From the NCBI RefSeq assembly GCF_963921235.1, contig NC_086108.1, positions 20,150,001 through 20,214,000 on the forward strand: 64,000 nt of DNA. The letters run 5' to 3'. Source of the stretch: Mobula hypostoma (Eukaryota). The translations under genes and the position numbers were made by a program. Position 1 is the stretch's first letter, and the number at the start of each line of letters is the position of its first letter. This document shows positions 49,594 through 62,536 of the stretch, piece by piece. Under the pieces are notes generated by a model, which saw only the letters and a program-made list of their open reading frames with translations, had not been told where the DNA came from and searched no databases.

Positions 49594-52500
49594 ATGCTTT
49601 CCAAGAAAAGTTGACATCAAAGTTCGGATATTCAACGATAACTGGAAAGATAATTTTTTCTTCTGTGGGGTCAACGGCAAACCTGCGTGGCTGATGTGCT
49701 CGCAACAAGTGGCTGTGGGGACTCCGCCTTCCGCCTGTGGACATGTAAGACACAGTGTCTTTCTGTCTGCCTTTAATTTCTCCCTTTCCCAACTTAAACT
49801 TTGAAATTTTAACTTTATTCAGTCGGGTCTTTCAAAGTGATAATTATAACTATGGCTACCTTGAGAAGCACTAAAAAAAAATCCTGATACAGTAATGGTA
49901 AATCTAAAAAAACTGACAAAGCTTCTGAAGAGCCAGCCTGGGTTAAGAGAATAGAGACTCAAATGAGCTCTATCGTCGCTGAATTAACTCAACTAGAAGA
50001 AAGCCTTCTTCCTTTGGAGGAAAAAATTGATTCTTTGAGCTTGGATCTTAAAGAAGTAACTCGTAATGTGGCTGATATTTCTTCTCGATTGGAAAAAGCA
50101 CAACGTCGAATTGTTGATTTGGAAGCTCGTTCTCGTCAGAATAATATTCGAATTGTGGGATTGAATGAAAAATCAGAATCTGCCGACATACTGGACTATT
50201 TCGCTTAAAAGTTTCAATCTCTATTCCTGAGGCATTTTCACATTGAAGTAGCCCATAGAGTTGGAACTCCGAGACAAGGTAAAAACAGGCATGTTATTGT
50301 GTGTTTCCTTCGTATTCGAGACAAAGACCGTATTATTAAACTGGCAAGAAAATAAAGACTGTTTAAATTTCAAGGCTCTGAGATTCGTTTCTTTCAAGAT
50401 TTTCCACGTGAGGTTGTTCAGAAATGTTCTGGATTCACGACCGCAATGTGAATGACCTTTCAAAAACAGATGTATCCCTTTCTTCTTTACCCAGCTAAAT
50501 TAAGGCTTTTCGCTAAAGATTCTGGGGTTCGTTATCTTTGAGGATCCAGCCAATGCATTGCGTTTTATTAATTCTCTCCCGGATGAGTCTGAAGCCTGAA
50601 GTTTAAAAGACTTACAATTATTCAAACATTTTGCGATATAAGGAATGATGAGATCGGAAGAATTGAGAAGTACAGAAAGTCTTGGTATTAAAAAGTACCT
50701 TTATCTTTGAAATAGACTGATTTGGACGGTTTTAACTTTAGAAGATATTTTATGGGATCTACTGGAAGACTGTAGAAATTTTAAACCATTTAGAATTTCT
50801 TTCTGTCTGCTACATATATGAATTAATTGTTTCTTTTTGCTTTGTATGTTTTTGTTAAGATCTTTTAACTACTATTCGGGTTTTTTTTTATGTTTTATAG
50901 ATAGATGTAATAATTTACAGATGGTGATATTTTCTCTTCTGTGTAAATATTTCAAGAATTTGTTTTGGAAGTGTTTTTTTCTTATCTAATGTTATGAAGG
51001 TTACTTTCTAAATTGAAGGCCGTTTCTGTTAACTATTTTTTCTAATTTAATTGTAATGGGTTGTATGTCGACTGTAACGAGTTGTATACTCGGGAGAGGG
51101 AGACAGATTACCTTTTTTTATTTGTATCTTTTATTTCGGCAGGTGGAGTTCAGAATTGCTTCTATGCATTTCTTGGGGCTTGCATCGATTAATATCGACT
51201 TATTTCTGGGCTTTGTAGGTTGGGTGGGTTTTTTCCTTTTTTTAATTTCTATTTTTTTATTCCCATTATGGAATTCTGGAGTGTACGCAAATTGTTATCA
51301 TTGTTGCTTATCACTGCCATTCAAAATTTCCTTATCCTGACATGTGTTTAATTGTTTTCTTAGATATAAAGTTTCATGATGTTAGTTAAACAGTTAAATG
51401 TTTTAAGTTGGAATGTCCTTGGTTGGAATCATCCTATTAAGCATAAGAAAACATTTAAAATTATTAATTGATTCCAACCTGATATAACCTTTGCACAAGA
51501 GACACATGTCGGGTTATGTGATAACAATCGATTTTTTAAATTTTGGAAGGGTCCTCAGATTCACGCAAACTCTCAAAGTAAAATGAGGGGCGTTTCCATT
51601 TTTATTGATTCTAATATTCCCTTTAATCAGGAGGATATTATATCTGATATTAATGGTAGATTTTTGATTGTTAAAGGAACAATTTACAATAAGAAAATGG
51701 TTTTGGTTAATATATATGGACCAAATACTGATGATCCTTCATTTTTTAAAGATATTTTTGCTCTATTACCTGATTTAAATGAATATGTGTTATTAATGGG
51801 TGGACATTTTAATACTTGCTTAAATCCCTTGTTAGATAAATCATCATCTGGACATCAACTCCCTAATTGTTCTGCATCACTTATTAATTCCTTTTTAATT
51901 GATTCTGGTTTAACTGAAGTCTGGAGACATACGCATCCTACTGATAGAGAATATTCCTTTTTTTCACATGTTCATAATAAATATTCGAGAATTGACTATT
52001 TTATTGCCGACCCGACTTTTACTTAATGTTCAGAAATGTGAATATGATGCAATTGTTATTTCTGATCATGCTCCTTTAAATTTAATATTTGATTTGAAAG
52101 ATGTTGTTTCTACAAGACCACCCTGGCGTTTTCCAGAACATTTGTTACAACGTTCAGATTTTGTTGAGTTTATTGAAACTCAGATAAAAGAGTTTTTTCT
52201 CTTTAATAATACAGGAAACGTCTCAAAGTTAGTAATTTGGGATACGTTAAAAGCTTATTTGCATGGTCAGATTATTTCTTATTTAGCTAAGTTGAAGAAA
52301 CAGACAAGAATAGAATTAGATAAAATTGCTAAACAAATTAAAGAATTAAATAACATCAATGCAATCTTTCCAAATGTTGATTTGTTTAAAAGAAGAGTGG
52401 AATTACAATCACAATATAATTTATTATTAACTCATCCTACTGAAGGATATTTGCTTAAATTAAAAAGTCAATTTTATATTTTTGGGGACAAAAATAATAG

Positions 52501-55500
52501 GCTATTAGCTTCCCAATTAAGGGCTGCTAAAGCGAAAAGAGAAATTTTAAAGATTCGTAAAGATAATGGAGATATAGTAAGTAATTATGAAGATATTAAT
52601 ATTTTTCAGGATTTTTACTCCGATCTTTATAAATCTCAGTTTCCAGCAGATCCCTCTAAAATGAAAGCTTTTTTATATAAGTTTAAATTTCCTCAAATTA
52701 CTGCTGAAGATTAACAGACCCTTGATGCTCCAATTGTTGAGCATGAAATTCAGAAAGCTATATGGTCAATGCAGTCAGGTAAAGCTCCTGGACTCGATGG
52801 TTATTCGGTAGCATTTTACAAAAAAATTTGAAAAATTACTTTCTCCATGCCTTTTGGAAATATTTCATGAATCTTTTGAGAAAGGTAATTTACCCTCTTC
52901 TTTTTATGAAGCTTCTGTTTCTTTAATCCTTAAGAAAGATAAAGATCCTACTGAACGCTCATCTTATAGACCTATTTCACTATTAAATGTGGATGCTAAA
53001 GTTCTTTATAAGATAATGGCTAACCGTTTGGAAAACATTTTATCTAAAATTATCTCTATGGATCAAACAGGCTTTATTAGAGGCCGTTACTCTTTTTCTA
53101 ATGTTCGGAGATTGATGAACATTATATATTCACCACTATCCAAAACACCCCAATGTGTTATTTCTCTGGATGCAGAAAAGGCATTTGATAAAGTTGAATG
53201 GACTTATTTGGTTAATGCATTAGAGAAATTTGGCTTTAGTAATAATTTTAATAAATGGATTCAAATGATCTATAAGAACCCTATCGCTACCATTATTATT
53301 AATAATCTTAGGTCTCCCTTTTTCACTTTCACGAGGTACGTGACAAGGGTGTCCATTAAGTCCTTTATTATTTAATCTCGCATTGGAGCATTCTCCCAAT
53401 TCGCGAAGCTAAAAACATTTATGGTATTTCTATAAATGGGACCATACATAAGATTTCTCTTTATGCAGATGATCTTTTGGTTTCTATCTTGAATCCTTAA
53501 GAATCTATTCCTAATCTTTTGGAATTATTAAATGATTTTGGAAAATTTTCAGGATATAAACTTAATTTAAGTAAAAGTGAATTGTTCCCTTTAAATGTTC
53601 CTGTTTTTATATTAAGGATATCCCATTTAGAATTGTGAATTCTTTTAAATATTTGGGTATTATCATTACAAAAAAAATAAGGATCTTCATAAAGCTAATG
53701 TAGTTCCTTTATTGGACTAAACAATTATTTTCTAGATGGAATCCTCTTACACTTTATTTAATAGGTCGTATTCATGCCCTGTAAATGATGATTTTACCTA
53801 GATTTTTATATAGTTTTCAAAATATACCTATCTTTCTAACCAAAAAATTTCCTGATCAAATTGATTCTGCTATTTCATCCTTCATTTGGAATAATAAAAA
53901 ACCAAGAGTTAATAAGTTTCATTTAGAAAAATCTAAAAAAGATGGTGGACTCGCGTTACCTAATTTAAGATTGTATTATTGGGCTGTTAATATTCGTCAA
54001 TTATGTTTTTGGTTATATTGACTCGATAAGAACCAAAAATCAGCTTGGATTGATTTGGAATTTAAAGCTATTAATCAATTTTATTTAACTTCACTATTGG
54101 GAGCGCCATTACCTTTACAACTTGTTAAAATTTCCAATTTAAATTTCTACCTGTTATTAAACAGTCCTTACGGATTTGGTTCCAGTTTCGCAACTCTTTT
54201 AATTTTAAACAATTTAAATTGTCTACTCCTGTATTTTGAAATTTGCTATTCAAACCTTCAATTACTGATCCCATCTTTCTCTTATGGAGAAGTAAGGGGA
54301 TTTGTTCTTTTACAGATTTATTTAGTGATGGTTAATTGATGTCTTTTGAAGAGTTAATTAGCAAATATTCTCTCTCTCATACACATTTCTTGAAATATTT
54401 ACAGGTTAGACATTTTTTACAAAAATATACTTCTATGTTTCCACATATGCAAGAATCTGATTTGTTGGACACTATTTTGAATATGAATCCCTTAGTGAAA
54501 TTGGTAGAATTTATAATTTATTTTACTACAAAAAGATAACCTCTCCACTAAAGATTAAACAAGATTGGGAGAGAGAACTTAATATGACTTTTGTTAATGA
54601 AGATTGGTTGCGAGTTCTGAAAATGGTTAATTCTTCTTCGATATGTGCCAATCATTGTTTAATTCAGTTTAAAATTGTTCACCATTATTACTTAACAAAG
54701 GAGAGGCTATCCAAAATATTTCCTAATATAGATAATCGTTGTGACAGGTGCAAAAATGAAGTAGCTACTTTGCCACATATGTTCTGGTCATGTCCCTCAT
54801 TGAAATCTTTATTTTCTACAATTTAGAAAAGCTTTGAAAATTAATTTACGACCTAATACATTGACTGTTCTATTTGGAATGGTTCTGCATCATATTCAGG
54901 GTATTTCATTTTCAAACCAACATGTAATTGCATTGTTGGCAAGAAGAGCTATTTTATTGAAGTGGAAAGATACCTCTGCTCCTACACTAATTCAATGGTT
55001 TTCCCAAGTAATGTTATGTCTTAGTTTGGAAAAAATTAGAAGTAGAACTTTTGATCCCCGATTTGATTTTGAGAGAAGGTGGGGCTCTTTTGCTAAATAT
55101 TATCATTTAATTTGAATTAATTTACATGGTTTCCTTCCAATTTTATGTTATATAAATGTGATTTGGCAATTGTTTTCTTTTTCTTCTTTTATATATATAA
55201 ATGATTGCAAGACGTATTGCTCCGGGAGTTGGTTCCTAATGTTTTTTTTCTCTTTTTTTTGTTTTGTAGTTAGTGGGTTTTTTTTAGTTAGTTGGGGTTC
55301 TCTTTTTTCCTTCTTTTTCTTTTACAAAAAATTTTTTTTTTCATTCGCATATATGTTTTTTTTTCAGGTTTATTAATTATATATATACTAATTTGCTGAA
55401 CTTCTGTATTTTATAGCTGTAGAAGATTATATATCAATAAAAAGATTTAAAAATGAAATGAACAAGTGGCTGTGGGAAAAGAGTACAATATCAAACGACA

Positions 55501-56856
55501 CTATGAGACGTCACACGGAGAAAAGTATGACAAGTATGTAGGACGACTCAGAACGCAAAAGGTAAACGAGCTTGAAGCAGCTCTGAAAAAACAGCAATCA
55601 GTGTTCACCAAAAGTCGAGAGACTCATGATGGAGCTGTCAAGGCCAGCTATATTATTGCCAACAAAATAGCTGCTGTGTCAAAGCCATACTCAGAGGGGG
55701 AATTAATCAAAGCATGCATGCTGACGGTGGCTGAGCTGGTGTGCCCGAGAACAGACAGGCTTTTGGTAATATTAGCTTGTCAAGAAATACTGTGGCAGAG
55801 AGAATCGGGGACCTTGCAGGAGATTTGAACAGTCAACTAAAAGACAAAGTGAAGTCATTCATTCTCTTCTCTATTGCAATTGATGAGAGCACCGGCATGA
55901 CTGATGTAGCTCAAATGGGAATATTTATTTGTGGTGTTGATGCATCTTTGACCGTCACCGAGGAGTTTGTGGAGATGGTGCCCATGACAAACACCACACA
56001 GCGAACGACGTTGACTGGAGTCACGCTGTCAGTGTGGCAACAGATGGCGCACCCTCCACGGTCGGGAAAAAGGCAGGAGTTGTTGCGAAACTCAGAGAAA
56101 AAGTTCAGACAGAGAATCTGGAGCAGAAATTCTGGAATTTTCATTGTATTATACACCAAGAGGCATTATGTACCAGGAGCCTGAAAATTGACAATGTCAT
56201 GGATGTAGTAATCAAAACCATTAATTTTATTGGAGGCAAGGGACTCAACCATCAGCAATTTGACACTCTTTTGTCCGAAAGTAATATTGGACCTGGCCTA
56301 CCCTACCACACTGAAGTCCGCTGGTTGAGCAGAGGGGCTGTGCTCAAATGTTTTTTCAATTATGTGTGGAAATTGGACTATTCATGAACGAGAAAGGGAA
56401 GCCAGTGGCAGAGTTGGATGACCCAGACTGGCTTCAAGATCTTGCATTTTTGGTGGATATAACAGAGCACTTAAATGTACTTAATGTTAACATGCAAGGC
56501 CGCAACAAACTACGACAGCATTTGTGCCTTTCAAATTAAATTAGGCCTGTGGGAGATGCAACTATCCCGGATATAAATTTGAGACTGTAGGTCTGGACTC
56601 ATGCTATCAATACCTGGGACCGATGTACCCCAAGACGACAGACTTTGCCTCAAAGATCCTTTGCATGTTCGGGACAACATATCCCTGTGAGCAGGCGTTC
56701 TCCATAATGAACATTAACAAATCCAAACTGCGTTCGCAGCTGACACACAGACATCTAAATGACATTATGAAAATCACAACTGCCCAGAAACTGGTCCCTG
56801 ATGTTGACAGGCTGGTTAAAGCCAAGAGATGTCAGGTGTCTGGAAGCAGCAAGTGA
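49594..56856 (+). pseudogene. GTF2IRD2-like hAT transposase pseudogene (49594-49719 + 55477-56856)
   Basis: Motifs KEYNIKRHYET, SIAIDEST, ATDGAP, HCIIHQE, VRWLSRG and FGTTYPCEQAFS; frameshifts and deletions. Confidence 0.92.
49720..55460 (+). mobile_element. L1-clade LINE, full length, degraded (ORF1 ~49852-50599; ORF2 ~51377-55115); up to 16-bp TSD AACAAGTGGCTGTGGG
   Basis: Motifs DLEARSRQNNIRIVGL, SWNV, SDHAP, YRPISLLNVD, LYADD and CDRC..HMFWSC; TSD at 49704-49719 and 55461-55476. Confidence 0.94.
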
Positions 56857-58360
56857 AAAATGAGTGACATTGTTCGATGCTCTGCGACATGTAAGCAAAA
56901 TGCATTACGAAATATTGAGTGTCATAATATTGTGATTCATTCATTTTCTGACTATTCTATTATTGTAAATGTGATCACTTCAATAAAAATTAGAGGCTAA
57001 TTGCGTTCACTGTCTGAGTCTGATTGCTGGAAGCAGGCTAATAAAAATTAGGTACAGTTGTGTAGCCTACATTTACAATTTGCTTAGTTAGGTCTACATT
57101 TGTGTCTGCTAATGTTCGATTTCAAATGGTTTATTAATGGAAAGGTGTGGCTCCCAAAACAATCTTAGCCAAAATAGCATCGTTTTTTCTCTCTCTCATC
57201 ACAACTTTCTTGTAGCCTATGACTGAAAGTTAATACCAATCATAAAAATAATGCTTGCTAGGCAATCTTCTTCATAAGAAACAAAATTCATAAAGTGAAA
57301 CACTTTGTAGTTATAGCAGAGACTGAGACACATGAAAAAACGAAGGCAACAAAAGCTGTGGGAGCACGTGCGCATGCGTTCGCGCCTGCACAACTGATCC
57401 GGCTCGCATGAAGTCACATTTTGCCCAATCCGGCCCGTGACCTAAAATGAGTTTGACACCCTTGCTCTACACCTTTCCTATCCATGTATCTGTCCAAGTG
57501 ATACTTTTAACATTTTAAATGTACTGATAAATACCACCTCCTGTGGCCACACATTTTATATACCACAACCCTCTGTGTGGAAAAAATTGCCTCTCAAATC
57601 TTCTTTAAATCTTTCCCCTTAAGATTTCAGAAACTAACCAATATTTGTTTAAAACATTAAATATACTGTAGTTTTCACTTCAAAGTAAGCTTATTATCAA
57701 GGTATGTATGTCACCAAATATTATCCTGAGATTTATTTTCTTGCAGGCATTCACAAAGTACAACCAAATTAATGAAAAACTACACACGAAGACTGGCAAA
57801 TTGTGCAGGGACAAAAAGAAACTAACAACAACACATAAATAAATAAATAAACAAACACGAGTTGTAGAGCCCTTGAAAGTGAGGCCAGAGGTTGTGTTCA
57901 ATGATTAGTGTTGTAGTGAATGAAGATGTCCACCTTGGTTCAGGAGCGTGATGGCCAAAGAGTAATAACTGCTCCTGAACCTGGTGGTACGGGACCCAAC
58001 ATACTTGTACCTTTTTCATGATGGTAGCAGCAAGAAGAGAGTATGGCCAGGATAGTGGTGGTCCTTGATGATGGATGCTGCTTTCTTATTTTAGTGCTCT
58101 TTGTCGACGCGCTCAATGGTGAGGAGGGCTTTTCCTGTGACGGGCTGGGCTGTATCCACCACTTTTTGTAAGCTTTTCCACTCTTGAACACGGATGTTTC
58201 CACACCAGACTGTGATGCAACTGGTCAGGATATCTCCACTTGCATCTATAGACGTTTGTCGGAGTTTAAGAAGATATGCCAAATTTGTGCAAACCTCTAA
58301 GAAAGTAGAGGTGCTGCCATGCTTTCTTTGAAATAGCATTTACGTGTTGGCCCTAGGACA

Positions 58361-59310
58361 TAGATTATGAAGACACGCAGTCCTCTTTTATTGTCATTTA
58401 GTAATGCATGCATTAATAAATGATACAATATTTCCTCCGGTGTGATATCACAAAACACAGGACAGACCGAGACTGAAAAAACTAACAAAACCACATAATT
58501 ATAACATATAGTTACAACAGTGCAACAATACCATAACTTGATGAAACATAGAAACATAGAAACGTAGAAAATAGGTGCAGGAGTAGGCCATTCGGCCCTT
58601 CAAGCCTGCACCGCCATTTATTATGATCATGGCTGATCATCCAACTCAGAACCCCGCCCCAGCCTTCCCTCCATACCCCCTGACCCCCATAGCCACAAGG
58701 GCCATATCTAACTCCCTCTTAAATATAGCCAATGAACCGGCCTCAACTGTTTCCTGTGGCAGAGAATTCCACAGATTCACCACTCTCTGTGTGAAGAAGT
58801 TTTTCCTAATCTCGGTCCTAAAAGGCTTCCCCTCTATCCTCAAACTGTGGCCCCTCGTTCTGGACTTCATGAAGTCGTCCATGAGCACAGTAAAAAGTTC
58901 AAAGTCTCTCAAATGTCCCACATCTCATGCAAACGGGAGAAGGAAGAAAAACTCTCCCTGCCATACCCGACCACAGTACGACTCTGAGTCATCTGAAAAC
59001 TTCGAGCCTCCGATCAGCTCTCCGACACCGAGTACTGAGCGCCATCTCTGTCCGAACGATTCGACCTCAATCTCGGTTGCCAACAGCAGGCAAAGCCGGG
59101 GATTTTGAGGCCTTCTCTCCGGAAGATTCCCGACCGCGCAGTAACAACAGCAGCGAACTGGCGTTTCAGAAATTTCTCCAGATGTTCCTCTGTGCTTTCA
59201 CATCTGTCTCCATCAAATCAGAATTGTCCAGGGCCCTATTTAACGGATACTATATCATTTTTCACCAGGTGGCTGTACAAGTGCAGCGCGCTGCTCTCTC
59301 TCTTCCCGCC
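58361..59310 (-). mobile_element. Non-autonomous retroposon 'X', copy 2, interrupted by a CR1-B 3' end
   Basis: Collinear with 4401-4988 + 6861-6898. Confidence 0.8.
58546..58868 (-). mobile_element. CR1-B 3' fragment; TSD ATGAA
   Basis: Matches 8033-8346; ATGAA at 58541-58545 and 58869-58873. Confidence 0.9.
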
Positions 59311-60699
59311 GATCTTCTGATATGATAATGTCCAGGAATTTAAAGTTATTGACCTTCTCTATCTCTGATCCCCTAATCAGCACTGGCTCATCAACCCCCA
59401 ATTTCTCCCTCATGTAGTCAATAATCAGCCCTTTGGTTAAGTGAGAGGTTGTTGCTGTGACATCATTCAGCCAGACTTTGAATCTCCCTCCTTCTGATTT
59501 GTCAACACTTTTGATTCAGCCAGCAACAGTGGTGTTGTCAACAAACTTGAATATGGCACTGCAGCTGTCATAAGAATCAAGTGAGTAGAGCAGGGGCTAA
59601 GCACACAGCCTTGTAGTGTACCTGTGCTGATGTTGATTGTGGAGGAGATGTTGCTGTCAATCCAAACCGACTGGGATCTACAAGTGAGGAAATCAAGGAT
59701 CCAGGTACATAAGGAGATATTGAGGCCTAGGACTTGGGGATTATTGATTGGTTTTGCAGAAATTACAATGTTAAATGCTGAGCTATGGTTAATGAAGATG
59801 CCTTCACTTTTTGTTGATCAAAGTGGAGACAAAAGGTACTGAGCTCATCTGGGAGCTCAATACCTTCTGTCATTTAGTTTTGCTTTATAGGAGGTGATGG
59901 CATTCAAGCTCTGCCACAGTTATCAAGCATCCTTCTATGTTTTGTTTAGTCCGATATTGTCACTTTGAATGTGAGACGGCTTTTTGGAAGTCATACCAGG
60001 ACCTTTTGTCATTCCCTGGGTTGCCAGACTTGAACACAACCATTTTAGCCCTCAGAAGACTGTGGATCTCTTGGTTCATCCAAGGCTTCTGGTTAGGGAT
60101 GACTGAGTTATTTCGTGGCTGCACACTCATCCATGGATGTCTTTATAAAGTCCATGACAACTGCAGCATATTCATTCAGGTCCTCTGATGTGTCCTTGAA
60201 CACGGCCCAGTCCACTGGCTCAAAGCAATCCTGTAGCTGCTTCTCTGCCTCCTGTGACCACCTCTTTCTTGTACTTACCTCTGGTGCCTTGCTCATTCGC
60301 TTCTGCTTGTATGCAGGTAGGAGGACAACCAGATGATTAAATTTCCTGAAATGTGATCTAGGGATGGAATGGTAGGCATTCCTGATCACAGTATAACAGT
60401 GGTCAAGTGGATTGGGACCCCTGGTGCTGCAGGTGATATGTTGATGATAACTGGGCAGACATTTCTTCAACAAGCCTGACTGAAGTTCCTGGCAATTATA
60501 TGTGTAAGGTGTTGCGGTAGGCAGTTTCTTGTTTGTTTATCATGGCACTCAATACATAGAAGATACAAGTAGGAGAGAAAGAACTGATTCTTGGTCTTTT
60601 AGAGAGGATTGCAGGGATATAGATTATGTGCAGTTTAAATTGGCACCATGGTTGATACTGACACTGTTCCTGTGCTGTGCTATTCTATGTTCCAGAGAA

Positions 60700-62300
60700 C
60701 TACCTTGATCATTATGTTATTCAGCCCAGAATGAGACTGATAATCTGGGAAATGAGCCGCAATATGTCACAATAGGAAAACATATATGAGAAACAGTAAT
60801 CAGCATTGTGATGAGACTGGTAGTGGAAAACAAAAGGAGAAATTTCAAGTAAATTTACCTTCACTGCAATGAAAATAATCTGGCTCGAACAAGATGGAAC
60901 CAAGACCAGCAAATAAAATTGTTGCCCAACAATGGGAGACACTAAAAAAAGATGTTTCAAATGCAGGTTATGTATTTTTCCATGAGAGGCAAGGAATAAG
61001 GACCAAAGTATAGTTGAAAAGAGAGACATGACTGAACAAAATAAAAAGGGGGGGGGGAGAATGATACTTGCCAGATGAATAATTCATGTGAAAAATATAA
61101 TGTGAACGTAGCAAGTAGAGAAAGGAGATGATAAAGAAAAGGCAGTCAAGGTTCAAAAATAGGATGGCAATTTTGTAGGTATCTGCATGAGCCAGTAGTA
61201 AAGGGGGTATGAAGAGGGTAATAAATACAAGTGAAAAGAAGAAGTGGAAATCACTGAATAACCTCTATCAATTTTTACTAAGAAAAATAATCCTGCCAAT
61301 ATCTTGCTAGAAATGGAATTAATGGAGATAACTGGAGGTAACAGATAAAGTGGATGTAGCAATTTTAGGCTGTTTGGTTTAACGGTGCTAGGAAAGTTTC
61401 TAGAAAAAACTAAAAGGCATTTAAATTAATAAATCATGGATTTGCAGAAGGCAAATTGTGTCCAGCTGACTTGAATAAAATTTTTCATCTGGTCATAGAG
61501 AATGTTGATGAAGGAAATGAGGTAGATATTGGTTCTATGGATTTCAAAGTGCATTTGGTATAATACACTAAATGAAATTGTCAGCTCTTGGAATAAAGAA
61601 GTCAGTGGCAGCATGGATAACAAAAAATTGGCCCAAGGGCAGAAAACAAAATGATGGCAAACAAATTTTCTTCCAGACTGGAGGATAGTAGGTAGTACTG
61701 TTCCCAGAAGTTACTGTTTGCATTTCATCTTTAATTTGATATTTATGAGTTGGATATAGGCACAGGAGGCAACACATCCAAGTCTGCAAATGCCACCAAA
61801 CAGCTTTAACAGTGAGGAGAATTATCATGGACTGCGAGAAGACACAGATAGACTGGCAAAACAGGCACATGTGACAGATGAAATTTAATACAGAGAAACG
61901 TGCTACATATCCCCAGAAAAAATGAAGATCGACATGTGGCTGAATGGCATACTTCCAAAGGGCTTCCAAGAATAGAGAAATATGCTTGAACATGTTTATT
62001 AACCTTTGAAAGTAACAGGAAATGTTGAGAGCCCTGGGCTTCATAAATTGAGACAAAATAAAAGAGAAGAAGAGTCATGCTGAATCTTTAGAGCCCTCAA
62101 CTAACCATGCTATGGAGAGATTTACTGAAGTGCTCCAGGTTTGAGAAATCTCCGCTACAAGATTAAGATGGATAAGCCTGGGAATAAAAATGACTGAGAG
62201 AAGAATTGTTGGAAGAATACGCAATCATGATAGATTTAGATGAGGTAACAGAAATACTTCAATGACATCAATACAAGTACATGCATTTAAGGATTTAGGA
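60700..62300 (+). mobile_element. Very old degenerate CR1 ORF2
   Basis: Residual motifs AATCATGGATTTGCAGAAGGCAAATTGTGTC, ATGGATTTCAAAGTGCATTTG and CAGATGAAATTTAATACAGAG. Confidence 0.55.
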
Positions 62301-62404
62301 CAATTAGACAAGAGAGTTCAGGCACGTGACGGCTGAAATAATACCAGTGGCAGTAAGATAGGGAAGATACTCCTGGAGAAATATTGCAAAGAACAGACAG
62401 ACAA

Positions 62405-62535
62405 AGCAACACACTCAAAATGCTGGAGGAACTCAGCAGGTCAGGCAGCATCTATGGAATTGAATACAGTTGATGATTCGGGCGAGACCCTTCTTCAGGA
62501 CTGGAAAGGAAGTGGAAAGACGCCAGAAGAATGGA
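62405..62535 (-). mobile_element. Penelope-derived element with degenerate hammerhead (62467-62503)
   Basis: Minus strand CAGTC-CTGAAGA-AGGG-TCTCG-CCC-GAAT-CA-TC-AACTG. Confidence 0.72.
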
Positions 62536-62536
62536 T

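Larger units (their letters stand above)
49277..57464 (+). mobile_element. hAT (Buster/Charlie/SPIN-like) DNA transposon; TIR CAGGGGTGTCAAACT; 8-bp TSD CTCTACAC; split by an L1
   Basis: TSD at 49269-49276 and 57465-57472; right end AGTTTGACACCCTTG; central TA in the TSD. Confidence 0.95.
57680..60555 (-). mobile_element. Rex1/Babar-clade LINE remnant (57680-58360 + 59311-~60555)
   Basis: Motifs TRGPNPLDHCYT, LLPAYKQK, LQDCFEPVDW and ILTSCITVWCGN..LQKVV. Confidence 0.75.

Noticed and set aside
55466..56856. Domesticated GTF2IRD2/EPM2AIP1-like host gene
   Set aside because: Frameshifted, L1-interrupted and bounded by TIRs and a TSD, so it is a dead transposon.
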